A stretch of 36,916 nucleotides of DNA from IMG/VR virus record IMGVR_UViG_3300005405_000060, positions 1 to 36,916 of that record; one strand, given 5' to 3'. The position numbers and the translations under genes are program-made. The stretch's first letter is position 1. Each line of letters opens with the position of its first letter. The notes under the pieces are model-generated. The model was not told the DNA's origin, did no database searches, and saw only the letters and a list, made by a program, of their open reading frames with translations. The stretch is from a virus. Lineage: Duplodnaviria; Caudoviricetes. This document shows positions 26,088-34,746 of this stretch, piece after piece.

Positions 26088-28166
26088 ATGGGCAAAGACG
26101 TATCTATCGTCATAACCGGTAAAGACAATTTTACACAGGCCGTTACCACCATGCGGAATGCAAACCAAAGCTTTAATAAGGATTTGACAGGTCTGCAGAC
26201 GAAGCTCGACACGCTTAATCGTACGAAAATAAGCCTTAAGGTCGATGTTTCGAAGGCTCAGAGTGAGCTCAAGGCGGCGGAAAAGCAGTTCATGAAGACC
26301 GGCGACGCTGCAGACAAGCTGAAGCTTGAAATGGCAAACCAAAATTACGAAAACGCGAACCGCAATCTCAAGCTCGTATCCAGCAACGCCAAACAAGCGG
26401 AAAAAGATATGACTTCGCTGACCAGCACCGTCAGCAAGTCAGAAAACCGCGCCGGCATCTCCGGGAACAGCGGCATTCTGAATACGCTAGCATCGTCGGG
26501 TGCTGCGGCTTTCCTCGGAAACGCAGCGAGCCAGATTGCAAACTCCTATGTCGGCAGCGCCTATGGCGACGAGGCGGGGACTATGTTTGGCAGCACACTT
26601 GCAGGCGCGGGAACCGGCGCGGGTCTGGGCCTTATGATAGGCGGACCCGTCGGTGCCGCAGTCGGCGCTGCGGTCGGCGGACTTGTCGGTGCGATTCAGG
26701 GGCTGGCCGAAGTCGAAAAGAAAAAGGACGACTCCTTTAAGGAGTATTACAAGGGCGTTTATGACACTGTAACCGGCGAGCAGGCTGATTCGCTCACAAA
26801 CGGATCCTCCATAGCTGCGAGCCGTGAAACAACGAAGCTATCGTTTAAGACTCTGCTCGGAAGCGACGAAGCGTCCTCTGAATATGTCAATGAGCTGAAA
26901 ACTATGTCAGCCAAGACGCCGTTTGAATTACCTGATTTGACCGCAATCGGCAAAACACTACTTGCCTATCGTTACTCAGCGGACGGCTCGCTTGAAACAA
27001 TGAACGCGATAGGAGAGGCAGGCTCCGCGATGGATCTCGACGCGAGCTCCATGAAGGACATGGCCACTTACATGGGGCGCATGAACGTCACCGGCAAGAC
27101 GACCATGGAATACCTGAACCCGCTTATGGAGCGCGGCATCGATATATACGCGGCACTTTCCAGGCTTCCGAGCGTGACGGGCAAAACGAACGAGCAGATT
27201 CAGGAAATGGTCACAAAGGGGCTTATTCCCGGCGCGGACGCCGCGAAAGCTATCTCCGACTATATGGCCGAGACCTATTCCGGCAGCATGGAAGCGCAGT
27301 CCAAGACCTTCGCGGGGCTTACCAGCACGCTGACGGACGCAAAAAACGAGCTCGACAACGCCATGGGCGAGGGCTATAACGGAATCCGCAAGGTCGGTAT
27401 GCAGAACGAGATTGACGCGTTAACCGGTGACACGGGTATCGCAATGCAGGACGCCTATAACAAGATCGGTCAATACAAGGCTTCGCTCGAAAACCAGAAG
27501 GCGCAGCTCGAAAATGACGCACTCCAGTCGGTCATGTCAGGAATTGTCACCGACAGCTACGCAGATTCCAAGCAGCTCAATGCTCTGCAGGAGGCGGCGC
27601 AGGCCTATAAGCTCGCAAAAGCCGACTATTACGACGCAAGCAAAATGGACGACATGACGGGGATGCAGGAGGCCGGTGCTGCAATGGGCAACGCTCTCAT
27701 GGAAGCTCAGGCCATAGCTGCAAATGAGTACAACGGCTCAGAGGGCGCTCAATTGATGCTTGATAGCGAAATATCATTGGCTAACAGCATCAAAGACGAT
27801 AGCTCTTCCGACAACGCTTTCTATGGAGCGGGTTACAAAAAAGGGCAGGCATTTTCAAAAGGTCTTGCATCTGGAGGCTCTGGGACATTCTCTGTTTCCG
27901 TTACCGGAATAAAAAATTCGGACATTTTCACTTATGGAAAAGCGTTTGGAATGAGTTATGTCCCCTACGACAATTACCCCGCCATGCTTCACGAAGGTGA
28001 GCGCGTTCTAACGGCCTCGGAGGCGCGGGGCTACGGCGGAGGTTCTGCCAGTGTGAAAATCACTGGAAACAGCTTCGTAATCCGCGAAGAGGCGGACATT
28101 GACAAAGTTGCAAGCGCATTGGTTGCAAAAATCAGAAAGGCTCAGATGCTCGCGGTACCGGGCTGA
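26088..28166 (+). CDS. Tape measure protein
   Basis: Ala/Gly-rich helical protein, KTPFE, GKAFGMSYVPYDNYPAMLHEGERVLTA. Confidence 0.92.
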   Translation: MGKDVSIVITGKDNFTQAVTTMRNANQSFNKDLTGLQTKLDTLNRTKISLKVDVSKAQSELKAAEKQFMKTGDAADKLKLEMANQNYENANRNLKLVSSNAKQAEKDMTSLTSTVSKSENRAGISGNSGILNTLASSGAAAFLGNAASQIANSYVGSAYGDEAGTMFGSTLAGAGTGAGLGLMIGGPVGAAVGAAVGGLVGAIQGLAEVEKKKDDSFKEYYKGVYDTVTGEQADSLTNGSSIAASRETTKLSFKTLLGSDEASSEYVNELKTMSAKTPFELPDLTAIGKTLLAYRYSADGSLETMNAIGEAGSAMDLDASSMKDMATYMGRMNVTGKTTMEYLNPLMERGIDIYAALSRLPSVTGKTNEQIQEMVTKGLIPGADAAKAISDYMAETYSGSMEAQSKTFAGLTSTLTDAKNELDNAMGEGYNGIRKVGMQNEIDALTGDTGIAMQDAYNKIGQYKASLENQKAQLENDALQSVMSGIVTDSYADSKQLNALQEAAQAYKLAKADYYDASKMDDMTGMQEAGAAMGNALMEAQAIAANEYNGSEGAQLMLDSEISLANSIKDDSSSDNAFYGAGYKKGQAFSKGLASGGSGTFSVSVTGIKNSDIFTYGKAFGMSYVPYDNYPAMLHEGERVLTASEARGYGGGSASVKITGNSFVIREEADIDKVASALVAKIRKAQMLAVPG

Positions 28167-28179
28167 TTAGGAGGGTGTT

Positions 28180-28821
28180 ATGAAGTTTATTCTATTTGAT
28201 CCTGCCGCAGCCGATGTGATGGTGCTGCCGATTACTCCTCCGAGCTTCGAAGTCTCTCACGGAATAAGAATTGAAACTATCAACATTCATTCGCTGGGCG
28301 ACGTCGCGCTGGCCGGTTACGGCACGCTGCCGCCGATCAAGATTGATGAATGCATGTTCCCGGCGAAGGATTATCCGTTTAATCAGCCGGGTACCTACCT
28401 TGATCCTTACAGTTACATCCGGAAACTTGAAGCATGGTGCGATGCCCGTACCGTACTGCGGTTTGTAATTCCCGGCACATCGGTAAACTCCCCCGTGCTT
28501 ATTGAGGATATTACCTACGGCGAGAGGGACGGAACGGGTGATGTCTATGCAACTATTTCCCTTCACGGCTATCGTCTGCTTGCCGCCGTTCAGACTCAGA
28601 GCGCCGGTACCGAAAATCTTGCGCGCTTGTCTGCGGCTGCTTCGCCAGTTACGGCCAATACATACACGGTTAAATCGGGCGACACGCTTTCGGCGATCGC
28701 CCGTAAGTTCTACGGAAACGCAGCTCTTTACCCAAAACTGGCAATCTATAACGGCATTAAAAACGCGAACATAATCTCTGTCGGGCAAGTCATCAAAATC
28801 CCCGATAAGAGCCTGCTGTGA
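28180..28821 (+). CDS. LysM-domain tail tube initiator (XkdP-like)
   Basis: LPITP N-terminus; YTVKSGDTLSAIARKFYG LysM. Confidence 0.92.
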   Translation: MKFILFDPAAADVMVLPITPPSFEVSHGIRIETINIHSLGDVALAGYGTLPPIKIDECMFPAKDYPFNQPGTYLDPYSYIRKLEAWCDARTVLRFVIPGTSVNSPVLIEDITYGERDGTGDVYATISLHGYRLLAAVQTQSAGTENLARLSAAASPVTANTYTVKSGDTLSAIARKFYGNAALYPKLAIYNGIKNANIISVGQVIKIPDKSLL

Positions 28822-28830
28822 GGTGAGGCG

Positions 28831-29817
28831 ATGCAAGAGCTCTTTATAACGAGTCCGGAAGCGGGCTCCGGAGACGTGATGCAGCTCGTCCCGACAGTGA
28901 CATGGTCCGGCGACTACAAACAATGTGCCAGAACGCTGGAGTTTGGGCTGCTGTCCTCTGCAACAGATAAGGCTATACCAACGGTATCCTGCCCTCTGGG
29001 AAGCGCAGCGCTCTTCAGAGACGCGGGAAATGCGCTTTTCGAGGGCTTTATCTTCAGCCGGCAGAAAGCTACCTCTGACAGCGTGATAGATCTCACGGCC
29101 TTTGACCGCGGAATTTACGTCAAGCGCAACGAGGGAGTTTACAAGTTTACTAATATGACGCCCGAGGCGATTACGGCGCGTGTATGCGCGGACTATGGCA
29201 TCGAAGTTGGCGAACTCGCAGTGACAGGCGTGCAGATCTCCCGCAACTTTATTGGGGTATCTCTCCATAAAATCATCCAGACCGCCTACACGCTGGCGGC
29301 CGAAACCACCAAAGAAGCTTATCAAATACGCTTTGTGGGAAAAAAGCTCTCGGTTATCAAAAAAGGCGTTAACACCGACACGGTGATTATCAAAGGCGGA
29401 AGTAACCTTATGTCCTGCTCGACCACGGAGAGCATCGAGGACATGATTAACCAGGTCGTTATCTATGACTCGGAAGATAAGCCGGTCGGAACGCAGTCCG
29501 ACGGGAGCCTTATCAAGCTCTACGGCCTGCTACAGAGCTATCTCAAGCAGACGAAGGATGAGGACGCTACCGAGAAGGCAAAAAAGCTGCTCGAGGATAA
29601 CGGCGTTAGCCAGAAGATCACTGTGGAGAACATCGGCGACGTGAGATGCGTCACGGGAAACTCCGTCATTGTGCAGGAGCCCTACACGGGCGTTCACGGG
29701 CTGTTTTACATCGACGGTGACACTCACACATGGAAGAACGGCCAGTATTACAACAAGCTCGTCCTGAACTTTAAGCGAATCATGGATGAGCAGGAAGCGG
29801 GCTCAATCCCGAAATGA
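28831..29817 (+). CDS. Baseplate hub (XkdQ/YqbQ-like)
   Basis: WSGD...ARTLEF, YGLLQ, FYIDGDTHTW. Confidence 0.88.
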   Translation: MQELFITSPEAGSGDVMQLVPTVTWSGDYKQCARTLEFGLLSSATDKAIPTVSCPLGSAALFRDAGNALFEGFIFSRQKATSDSVIDLTAFDRGIYVKRNEGVYKFTNMTPEAITARVCADYGIEVGELAVTGVQISRNFIGVSLHKIIQTAYTLAAETTKEAYQIRFVGKKLSVIKKGVNTDTVIIKGGSNLMSCSTTESIEDMINQVVIYDSEDKPVGTQSDGSLIKLYGLLQSYLKQTKDEDATEKAKKLLEDNGVSQKITVENIGDVRCVTGNSVIVQEPYTGVHGLFYIDGDTHTWKNGQYYNKLVLNFKRIMDEQEAGSIPK

Positions 29818-29824
29818 GGTAAAT

Positions 29825-30160
29825 ATGGAAGGCAATCCATTTGCGGAACTGGCGGAAATGCTCCCGGAGCAGCAAGGCAAAAAGTCCGGCAGCAATACCG
29901 GAAAGCTGATAATGCGCATGGGCACGGTGCTGACTGTGACGCCGCTGACGGTCGACGTCGGCGGTATTACGGCATCAGGAAACGAGCTGCGCGTTAACTC
30001 CGCCATGCTCGAGCATACGGAAACGGTCGTGCCGTCGGGCGAAACGCCGCCCGGCTTCGAAGCGAGTGTTACTCCGGTGCTCTCGGTCGGCGACACGGTG
30101 CTGGTGCTGACCGAAGACGACCAGCTGTTTTATATTTCGTGTAAGGTGGTGAGCGTATGA
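29825..30160 (+). CDS. Baseplate spike-associated protein (XkdR/DUF2577-like)
   Basis: GTV..VTPL.V, LSVGDTVLV; synteny. Confidence 0.75.
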   Translation: MEGNPFAELAEMLPEQQGKKSGSNTGKLIMRMGTVLTVTPLTVDVGGITASGNELRVNSAMLEHTETVVPSGETPPGFEASVTPVLSVGDTVLVLTEDDQLFYISCKVVSV

Positions 30161-30576
30161 CGCTGTTTCCAAGCATACAACCCGAGGCGACCGAAACGAC
30201 GCGTTCAACGGCGACGCTTTACCGCGAGGTCAAGTGGGATTTTGAGAACAACGCTCCCGTTTTTAAAAATGGATCTCCGGAAGAGGTGACCGGCAAGGAC
30301 GCCGTGCTCGTTTGGGCGTGGAAGGCGCTGAATACTCCACGTTTTCAGCTCGAGATATACACCTGGAACTATGGCAACGAAGCTGAAAACCTTATCGGGC
30401 AGCCGTTCACGGATGATCTGAAGCAGTCGGAAGCGGTGCGCTACGTCCGAGAGTGCCTGCTCGTCAATCCCTACATCACGGACGTAACTGATATTTCAGT
30501 CTCGTTCACGGACGGGACCCTTACCATATCCTGCACCCTCAACACTGTTTACGGGGAGGTAAAAATCAATGTATGA
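30157..30576 (+). CDS. Baseplate wedge protein (XkdS/DUF2634-like)
   Basis: WAWKAL.TPRF, IYTWNYG.E, ECLLVNPYI. Confidence 0.85.
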   Translation: MTLFPSIQPEATETTRSTATLYREVKWDFENNAPVFKNGSPEEVTGKDAVLVWAWKALNTPRFQLEIYTWNYGNEAENLIGQPFTDDLKQSEAVRYVRECLLVNPYITDVTDISVSFTDGTLTISCTLNTVYGEVKINV

Positions 30577-31618
30577 AGACCTGACAGTCGAGCAGATCAA
30601 GACTGACATGAAATCGCGGCTTGTGGTGTCCAATTTGGACACACGCGAGGGCAGCTTCATAGACGACATGATCAGCACGGTAGCCTTTAAAATCTGGACC
30701 ACCTATCAGTCGCTTGACGCCATTGTCCCGATTGCCTATGTCGACGAGACGAGCGGCGCATATATTGACAAGCGCAGCGGCGAGTATGGCATTACTCGCA
30801 AAGCCGGAACGAAGGCGACGGTCACACTGACAGTCTCCGGCACGGACGGAACGGTGATTCCCGCCGGCAAGGTGTTTGTCACTGCCGACGGTTACCAGTT
30901 TACAGTTGACGCAGCGGCCACCATAGCGATCGGGACGGCTTCCGTTGCCGCTACGGCTGCGGAGATAGGCACCGCCTTTAATGTATCCGCCGGCACGATA
31001 ACGGGCCAGCTGCAGAACCTGAGCGGAGTGACGTCGGTCACAAACGCGGCCGCGGCTTCCGGAGGTACCGACGCCGAAACGGATGCGGCGCTGGTCGCCA
31101 GGCTCTATGCCTTCCTTCAGAACACCGCGACGTCCGGAAATGTCGCGCACTATGAACAGTGGGCGCTCGAGGTCTCCGGCGTGGGAGCTGCAAAGGTTAC
31201 TCCGACCTGGAACGGTGCCGGCACGGTTAAGGTGCTCATCGTCGGCAGCGACAGAGAGCCTGTCGACGGAACGATTGTTGATAACTGCGCGGCGAATATC
31301 GAGGCGAAGCGTCCAATCGGCGCCACGGTGACCGTGGTTAGCGCGGAAGCGCTCGAAATCAACGTAGCGGCGTCTATCACCGTCGACAGCTCAACGACGA
31401 AGGCGGCGGTTCAGGCGGCTTTTGCGACGGCCCTGGATGAATACCTGAAGGGCATTGCCTTCAGCAAGTACACGCTCATTTATAACCGCGTGGCGATGAT
31501 GCTTATGGACATCGACGGCGTTACGGATTATTCGGCGCTCACGGTCAACGGCGGAGCGGCGAATATCTCAATCGCAGACGATGAAGTCCCTGTCCTCGGA
31601 ACGGTGGTGATCAGCTGA
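30569..31618 (+). CDS. Baseplate J-like protein (XkdT)
   Basis: DTREGSF, GGTDAETD..L, SGN..HYEQWA, WNGAGTVKV. Confidence 0.93.
   Translation: MYEDLTVEQIKTDMKSRLVVSNLDTREGSFIDDMISTVAFKIWTTYQSLDAIVPIAYVDETSGAYIDKRSGEYGITRKAGTKATVTLTVSGTDGTVIPAGKVFVTADGYQFTVDAAATIAIGTASVAATAAEIGTAFNVSAGTITGQLQNLSGVTSVTNAAAASGGTDAETDAALVARLYAFLQNTATSGNVAHYEQWALEVSGVGAAKVTPTWNGAGTVKVLIVGSDREPVDGTIVDNCAANIEAKRPIGATVTVVSAEALEINVAASITVDSSTTKAAVQAAFATALDEYLKGIAFSKYTLIYNRVAMMLMDIDGVTDYSALTVNGGAANISIADDEVPVLGTVVIS
30626..30642. promoter_or_regulatory. 17-bp palindrome, copy 7 (in baseplate J)
   Basis: GTGTCCAATTTGGACAC. Confidence 0.7.
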
Positions 31619-32157
31619 TGCCTGAACTTATTGACATGCTCCCGGAGTGCTATAAGGGAAGCGCGCAGGTGGTCGCGCTGCAGGAAGCCTTCCAGCACTG
31701 GACAGACGCGCTGCTGGCCGCCCGGGATGACCTTATGGTACAGATGAACGTATCCACGGCAACATGGGGCCTCGTGACCTGGGAAAAAGCGCTGGGGCTC
31801 ACGACGGACGCCTCCAAGTCAAATGATTACCGCCGGACGCGCATTATGTCGAAGCTCCGCGGGCAGGGGACGACCACGAAGGCGATGATTGAAAACGTCG
31901 CCGAGAGCTTTTCCAACGGCGACGTTATTATCGTCGAGTACAATGACGAAAGCCGCTTTGAGGTCAAGTTTGTAGGGACTATGGGAATTCCGCCCAACAT
32001 GGACGACCTGACGGCCGCAATCGAGGAAATCAAGCCGGCGCACCTAGCGTATTCGTATGTTTACGTCTACAGGACGCACGCGGTTCTCTCGGGCTACACT
32101 CACGCGCAGCTCGCGGCCTATACCCACGCGACACTTAGAGAGGGGGATATAACCTGA
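31618..32157 (+). CDS. Baseplate/tail protein (XkdU/DUF2313-like)
   Basis: TATWGL..WEK.LG, IEEIKPAHL. Confidence 0.88.
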   Translation: MPELIDMLPECYKGSAQVVALQEAFQHWTDALLAARDDLMVQMNVSTATWGLVTWEKALGLTTDASKSNDYRRTRIMSKLRGQGTTTKAMIENVAESFSNGDVIIVEYNDESRFEVKFVGTMGIPPNMDDLTAAIEEIKPAHLAYSYVYVYRTHAVLSGYTHAQLAAYTHATLREGDIT

Positions 32158-32786
32158 TGGCAACACAGACACCGAATTACGAGCTTTTGAAACCCGCGGA
32201 GAATGAAAACTACGACATTTTTGTTCATAACGCTAACATGGACAAGATCGACGCACAGATGAAAACGAATGCGGACGCCGCGGCCGGCGCTATTCCAAAA
32301 TCGCTGGCGACGGAAGCGAGTCAGTTTCTCTTTTCCTCCGGAGTCGGCGCCTGGGTAGTAAAGACGGTCGCGGAAATCAAGACAGCGCTTGGTTTAAAAA
32401 GCGCTGCGTATACTGAAAGCACGGCGTATGCCGCGGCTGCTCACAAGGTCAATCACGCGACGGGCGGTGCGGATGCTCTCACGCCGAGCGATATAGGCGC
32501 GGCAAAACGGTTCAGCAAAACCGCGACACTGGCAACCGCAAACTGGGCGGGCGCGGCGGCGCCGTACACCTACGAGCTGACCGACGCCGACATACTCGCA
32601 GCGGACACGCCGCACGTCGACCGTGTGACGGGTACCGACGCAGCGGCGGCAGCGCTAATCAATACGGCATGGGGACTGATTGCCGGGTATGCTGTGAAAC
32701 CGCAAACGTCGGCAGGGAAAATCACGTTCTACGCGTCGGCAAAGCCGGCGGTGGCGCTGCCAATTATGTATGAGGTGGTGAGATAA
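32157..32786 (+). CDS. Tail fiber proximal protein
   Basis: TPNYELLKP...NANMDKID baseplate anchor; HATGGADALTPSDIGA. Confidence 0.75.
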   Translation: MATQTPNYELLKPAENENYDIFVHNANMDKIDAQMKTNADAAAGAIPKSLATEASQFLFSSGVGAWVVKTVAEIKTALGLKSAAYTESTAYAAAAHKVNHATGGADALTPSDIGAAKRFSKTATLATANWAGAAAPYTYELTDADILAADTPHVDRVTGTDAAAAALINTAWGLIAGYAVKPQTSAGKITFYASAKPAVALPIMYEVVR

Positions 32787-33148
32787 TGAGTCAAGCTTTT
32801 ACGGGCGGCGGTGGCAGCGGAAAGAAGTTCGCTTGCGGAACAATATTATTATCAAACGCTACGCAAACAATATCTATAACAGGGCTTGGATTCAGACCAG
32901 ATAGAGTAACGATACAGGCGTTTCGTAACGCAGATGGAAATTTATCAAACAATACAATTTCTGCTCACTATGATAGCGTTAATTCAAATTATTTCTACGT
33001 TGCTTTACAAGAAGGAAGTCTGCAAAGCCATGTTGCCAATATAATTTCGACCAATTCAGATGGCTTTACTGCTGCAGCACCAAGCAGCTATCCGTTTGCG
33101 GGTTATGAGAGCTGGTTCCCCATTTTATGGACGGCTGAAAAAGATTAA
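32786..33148 (+). CDS. Putative tail-tip/receptor-binding protein, paralog 1
   Basis: TAATG-coupled to the fiber gene; MSQAFTGGGG..KKFACGT..ITGLGFRP; AT-rich body. Confidence 0.7.
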   Translation: MSQAFTGGGGSGKKFACGTILLSNATQTISITGLGFRPDRVTIQAFRNADGNLSNNTISAHYDSVNSNYFYVALQEGSLQSHVANIISTNSDGFTAAAPSSYPFAGYESWFPILWTAEKD

Positions 33149-33163
33149 GGAGGACTGTGCAAC

Positions 33164-33238
33164 ATGAATAAGTCTATGACACGCGGACAAATGGCCGCTT
33201 CAGTCTACACACACACACACCCCCACACACACAAGTAA
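33164..33238 (+). CDS. Leader ORF containing an (AC)n tract (24 aa in the present state)
   Basis: SD aaggagg at ~33147-33153; MNKSMTRGQMAASVYTHTHPHTHK*. Confidence 0.65.
   Translation: MNKSMTRGQMAASVYTHTHPHTHK
33207..33233. repeat. Simple sequence repeat (AC)7 CCCC (AC)4 A
   Basis: Read directly; the only such tract I found in the window. Confidence 0.95.
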
Positions 33239-33273
33239 CCTTTGCTGGGGTCACCGGAAGGACGGTGGCTTAG

Positions 33274-33570
33274 ATGGCGCAGTGTTTCACGGGTGGAGGA
33301 AAGTCAGCAAAAACTTACGGCTTACCCGACGTCACAACAAGCGAGGGCGTAATTTCCTTTCCATTCGGGGTTGCATGGAAAGATATTATCAGCTTATGGG
33401 TGTTTGTCGACTGGTTTGGGACAGCATTCTTCGCGGTGAAACGGAACGGAAAGCTGTTTCGTGCGATAGGTACGGGCATGGATTATTACACGATAGCGGA
33501 CGACGCGACTTCAGTCGATGTGTATCTTACGGCAGGGCTCTCGATTACAGATCTACAAATCGTCGTGTAG
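33274..33570 (+). CDS. Putative tail-tip/receptor-binding protein, paralog 2
   Basis: MAQCFTGGG N-terminus shared with neighbours. Confidence 0.7.
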   Translation: MAQCFTGGGKSAKTYGLPDVTTSEGVISFPFGVAWKDIISLWVFVDWFGTAFFAVKRNGKLFRAIGTGMDYYTIADDATSVDVYLTAGLSITDLQIVV

Positions 33571-33594
33571 CTAACCGAGAGGCGGTGAGCCTCT

Positions 33595-33981
33595 GTGGCT
33601 AGTTGTTTTGTGGGCGGAGCGGTAAAAAAGAAATTCGCGTGCGGTACGTTTACGCCGGCGTCGGATATCACGTCGCCATATACTATCGGCGGGCTGGGTT
33701 TTAATCCGACAGCAGGTATGCTGATACAACAACCTTCATCTACTTCTCAAGCTGACGTATATGCCGGCAACTATATTCAGTTTATCGACAGCCTAAAATC
33801 TATAGGAATATGGGGCGGAAATTATGGAACTTCTTACGGCCCGACGATGATAAATGCTACAGCATATCCTTATGGACCGTCATTTGGTGTCGATTCAATC
33901 ACTTTTTATGCAGCGGTTAGTTACGCATATCAGATTAAAGCTGGTTACACATATATCTGGTTCGCCTGGGCGGACGACTAA
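33595..33981 (+). CDS. Putative tail-tip/receptor-binding protein, paralog 3
   Basis: MASCFVGGAVKKKFACGT..IGGLGFNP..YIWFAW, similar to paralog 1. Confidence 0.7.
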   Translation: MASCFVGGAVKKKFACGTFTPASDITSPYTIGGLGFNPTAGMLIQQPSSTSQADVYAGNYIQFIDSLKSIGIWGGNYGTSYGPTMINATAYPYGPSFGVDSITFYAAVSYAYQIKAGYTYIWFAWADD

Positions 33982-33998
33982 AAGGAGGGCGAAAGCCT

Positions 33999-34334
33999 AT
34001 GTACATAACAAACGAAACAAACCAATATCCCTGCACGGGGTATATCCCCTCCGGCGACACGGTGCGCTATACGGGAGTTGAAGGAGTGACGCTTCCCGTT
34101 ACCGGAGCCGTCACGCTTTGCGCAGACGACGGCTTTGAACTCGCAAAGCAGGACACAGGCGGATTTGCTCGGCAGACACTTGAGGACGGCATCCTGACGC
34201 TCACAAACGAGCCGGAGCCGGTCCCTGTGCCAGCTCCGGAACCGCTGCCACAGCCGCCGAGCGCTGCTGACATGGCTGAAGCTATGATTGATCTTGACAC
34301 GAGAGTGTCGATGTTTGAAATGGGGGTGAACTAA
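33999..34334 (+). CDS. Putative tail fiber assembly/adaptor protein
   Basis: SD aaggagg; Pro-rich linker then short coiled-coil C-terminus. Confidence 0.65.
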   Translation: MYITNETNQYPCTGYIPSGDTVRYTGVEGVTLPVTGAVTLCADDGFELAKQDTGGFARQTLEDGILTLTNEPEPVPVPAPEPLPQPPSAADMAEAMIDLDTRVSMFEMGVN

Positions 34335-34472
34335 ATGGCATACACTTGCGCTAAGTACCTGATATCCCAGGGACGCACCGAGGGACTCGCTGAGAAGCTG
34401 GACGTGCTTCTGCTCAATGACAGAATATCGAACGAGCAGTACACCGAGCTTATAGGCCTGATGGCAGCATAG
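34335..34472 (+). CDS. Small XkdX-like protein (45 aa, not in ORF track)
   Basis: EKLDVLLLNDRISNEQYTEL; synteny after the fiber chaperone. Confidence 0.7.
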   Translation: MAYTCAKYLISQGRTEGLAEKLDVLLLNDRISNEQYTELIGLMAA

Positions 34473-34485
34473 GGGAGGGCGATGA

Positions 34486-34737
34486 ATGGCACCGGATATA
34501 TTGACGGCGGTACTTGCCTTCAGCGGAACACTGCTCGGCTCGGTGAGCGGGATATTGGCCGCTAACCGACTATCAAACTACCGGATCGGGCAGCTGGAAC
34601 AGAAGGTTGACAAGCATAACTGCCTTATCGACCGTATGTATAAGGTGGAAGGGCGGCTGGAGGAAATCGACGCACTTTACGAGGAAAAGTTCAAGGTCGC
34701 TAACCACAGGATTAAAGACCTTGAAGGGTCAGATTAG
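34486..34737 (+). CDS. Single-TM lysis-module protein (holin-associated)
   Basis: N-terminal TM, YRIGQLEQKVDKHN, KVANHRIKDLE. Confidence 0.75.
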   Translation: MAPDILTAVLAFSGTLLGSVSGILAANRLSNYRIGQLEQKVDKHNCLIDRMYKVEGRLEEIDALYEEKFKVANHRIKDLEGSD

Positions 34738-34746
34738 GAGGCAATC

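Noticed and set aside
32070-32140. THA..Y tandem peptide repeat at the end of the XkdU-like gene
   Set aside because: Short protein-level repeat ordinary for this type of tail protein
33282-33602. 106-aa ORF as an independent protein gene
   Set aside because: No convincing RBS and not protein-like; better read as the read-through frame of the leader ORF
32786-33981. Diversity-generating retroelement or shufflon at the tail-tip genes
   Set aside because: No reverse transcriptase, no TR/VR pair differing at adenines, no invertase, and all cassettes are on one strand
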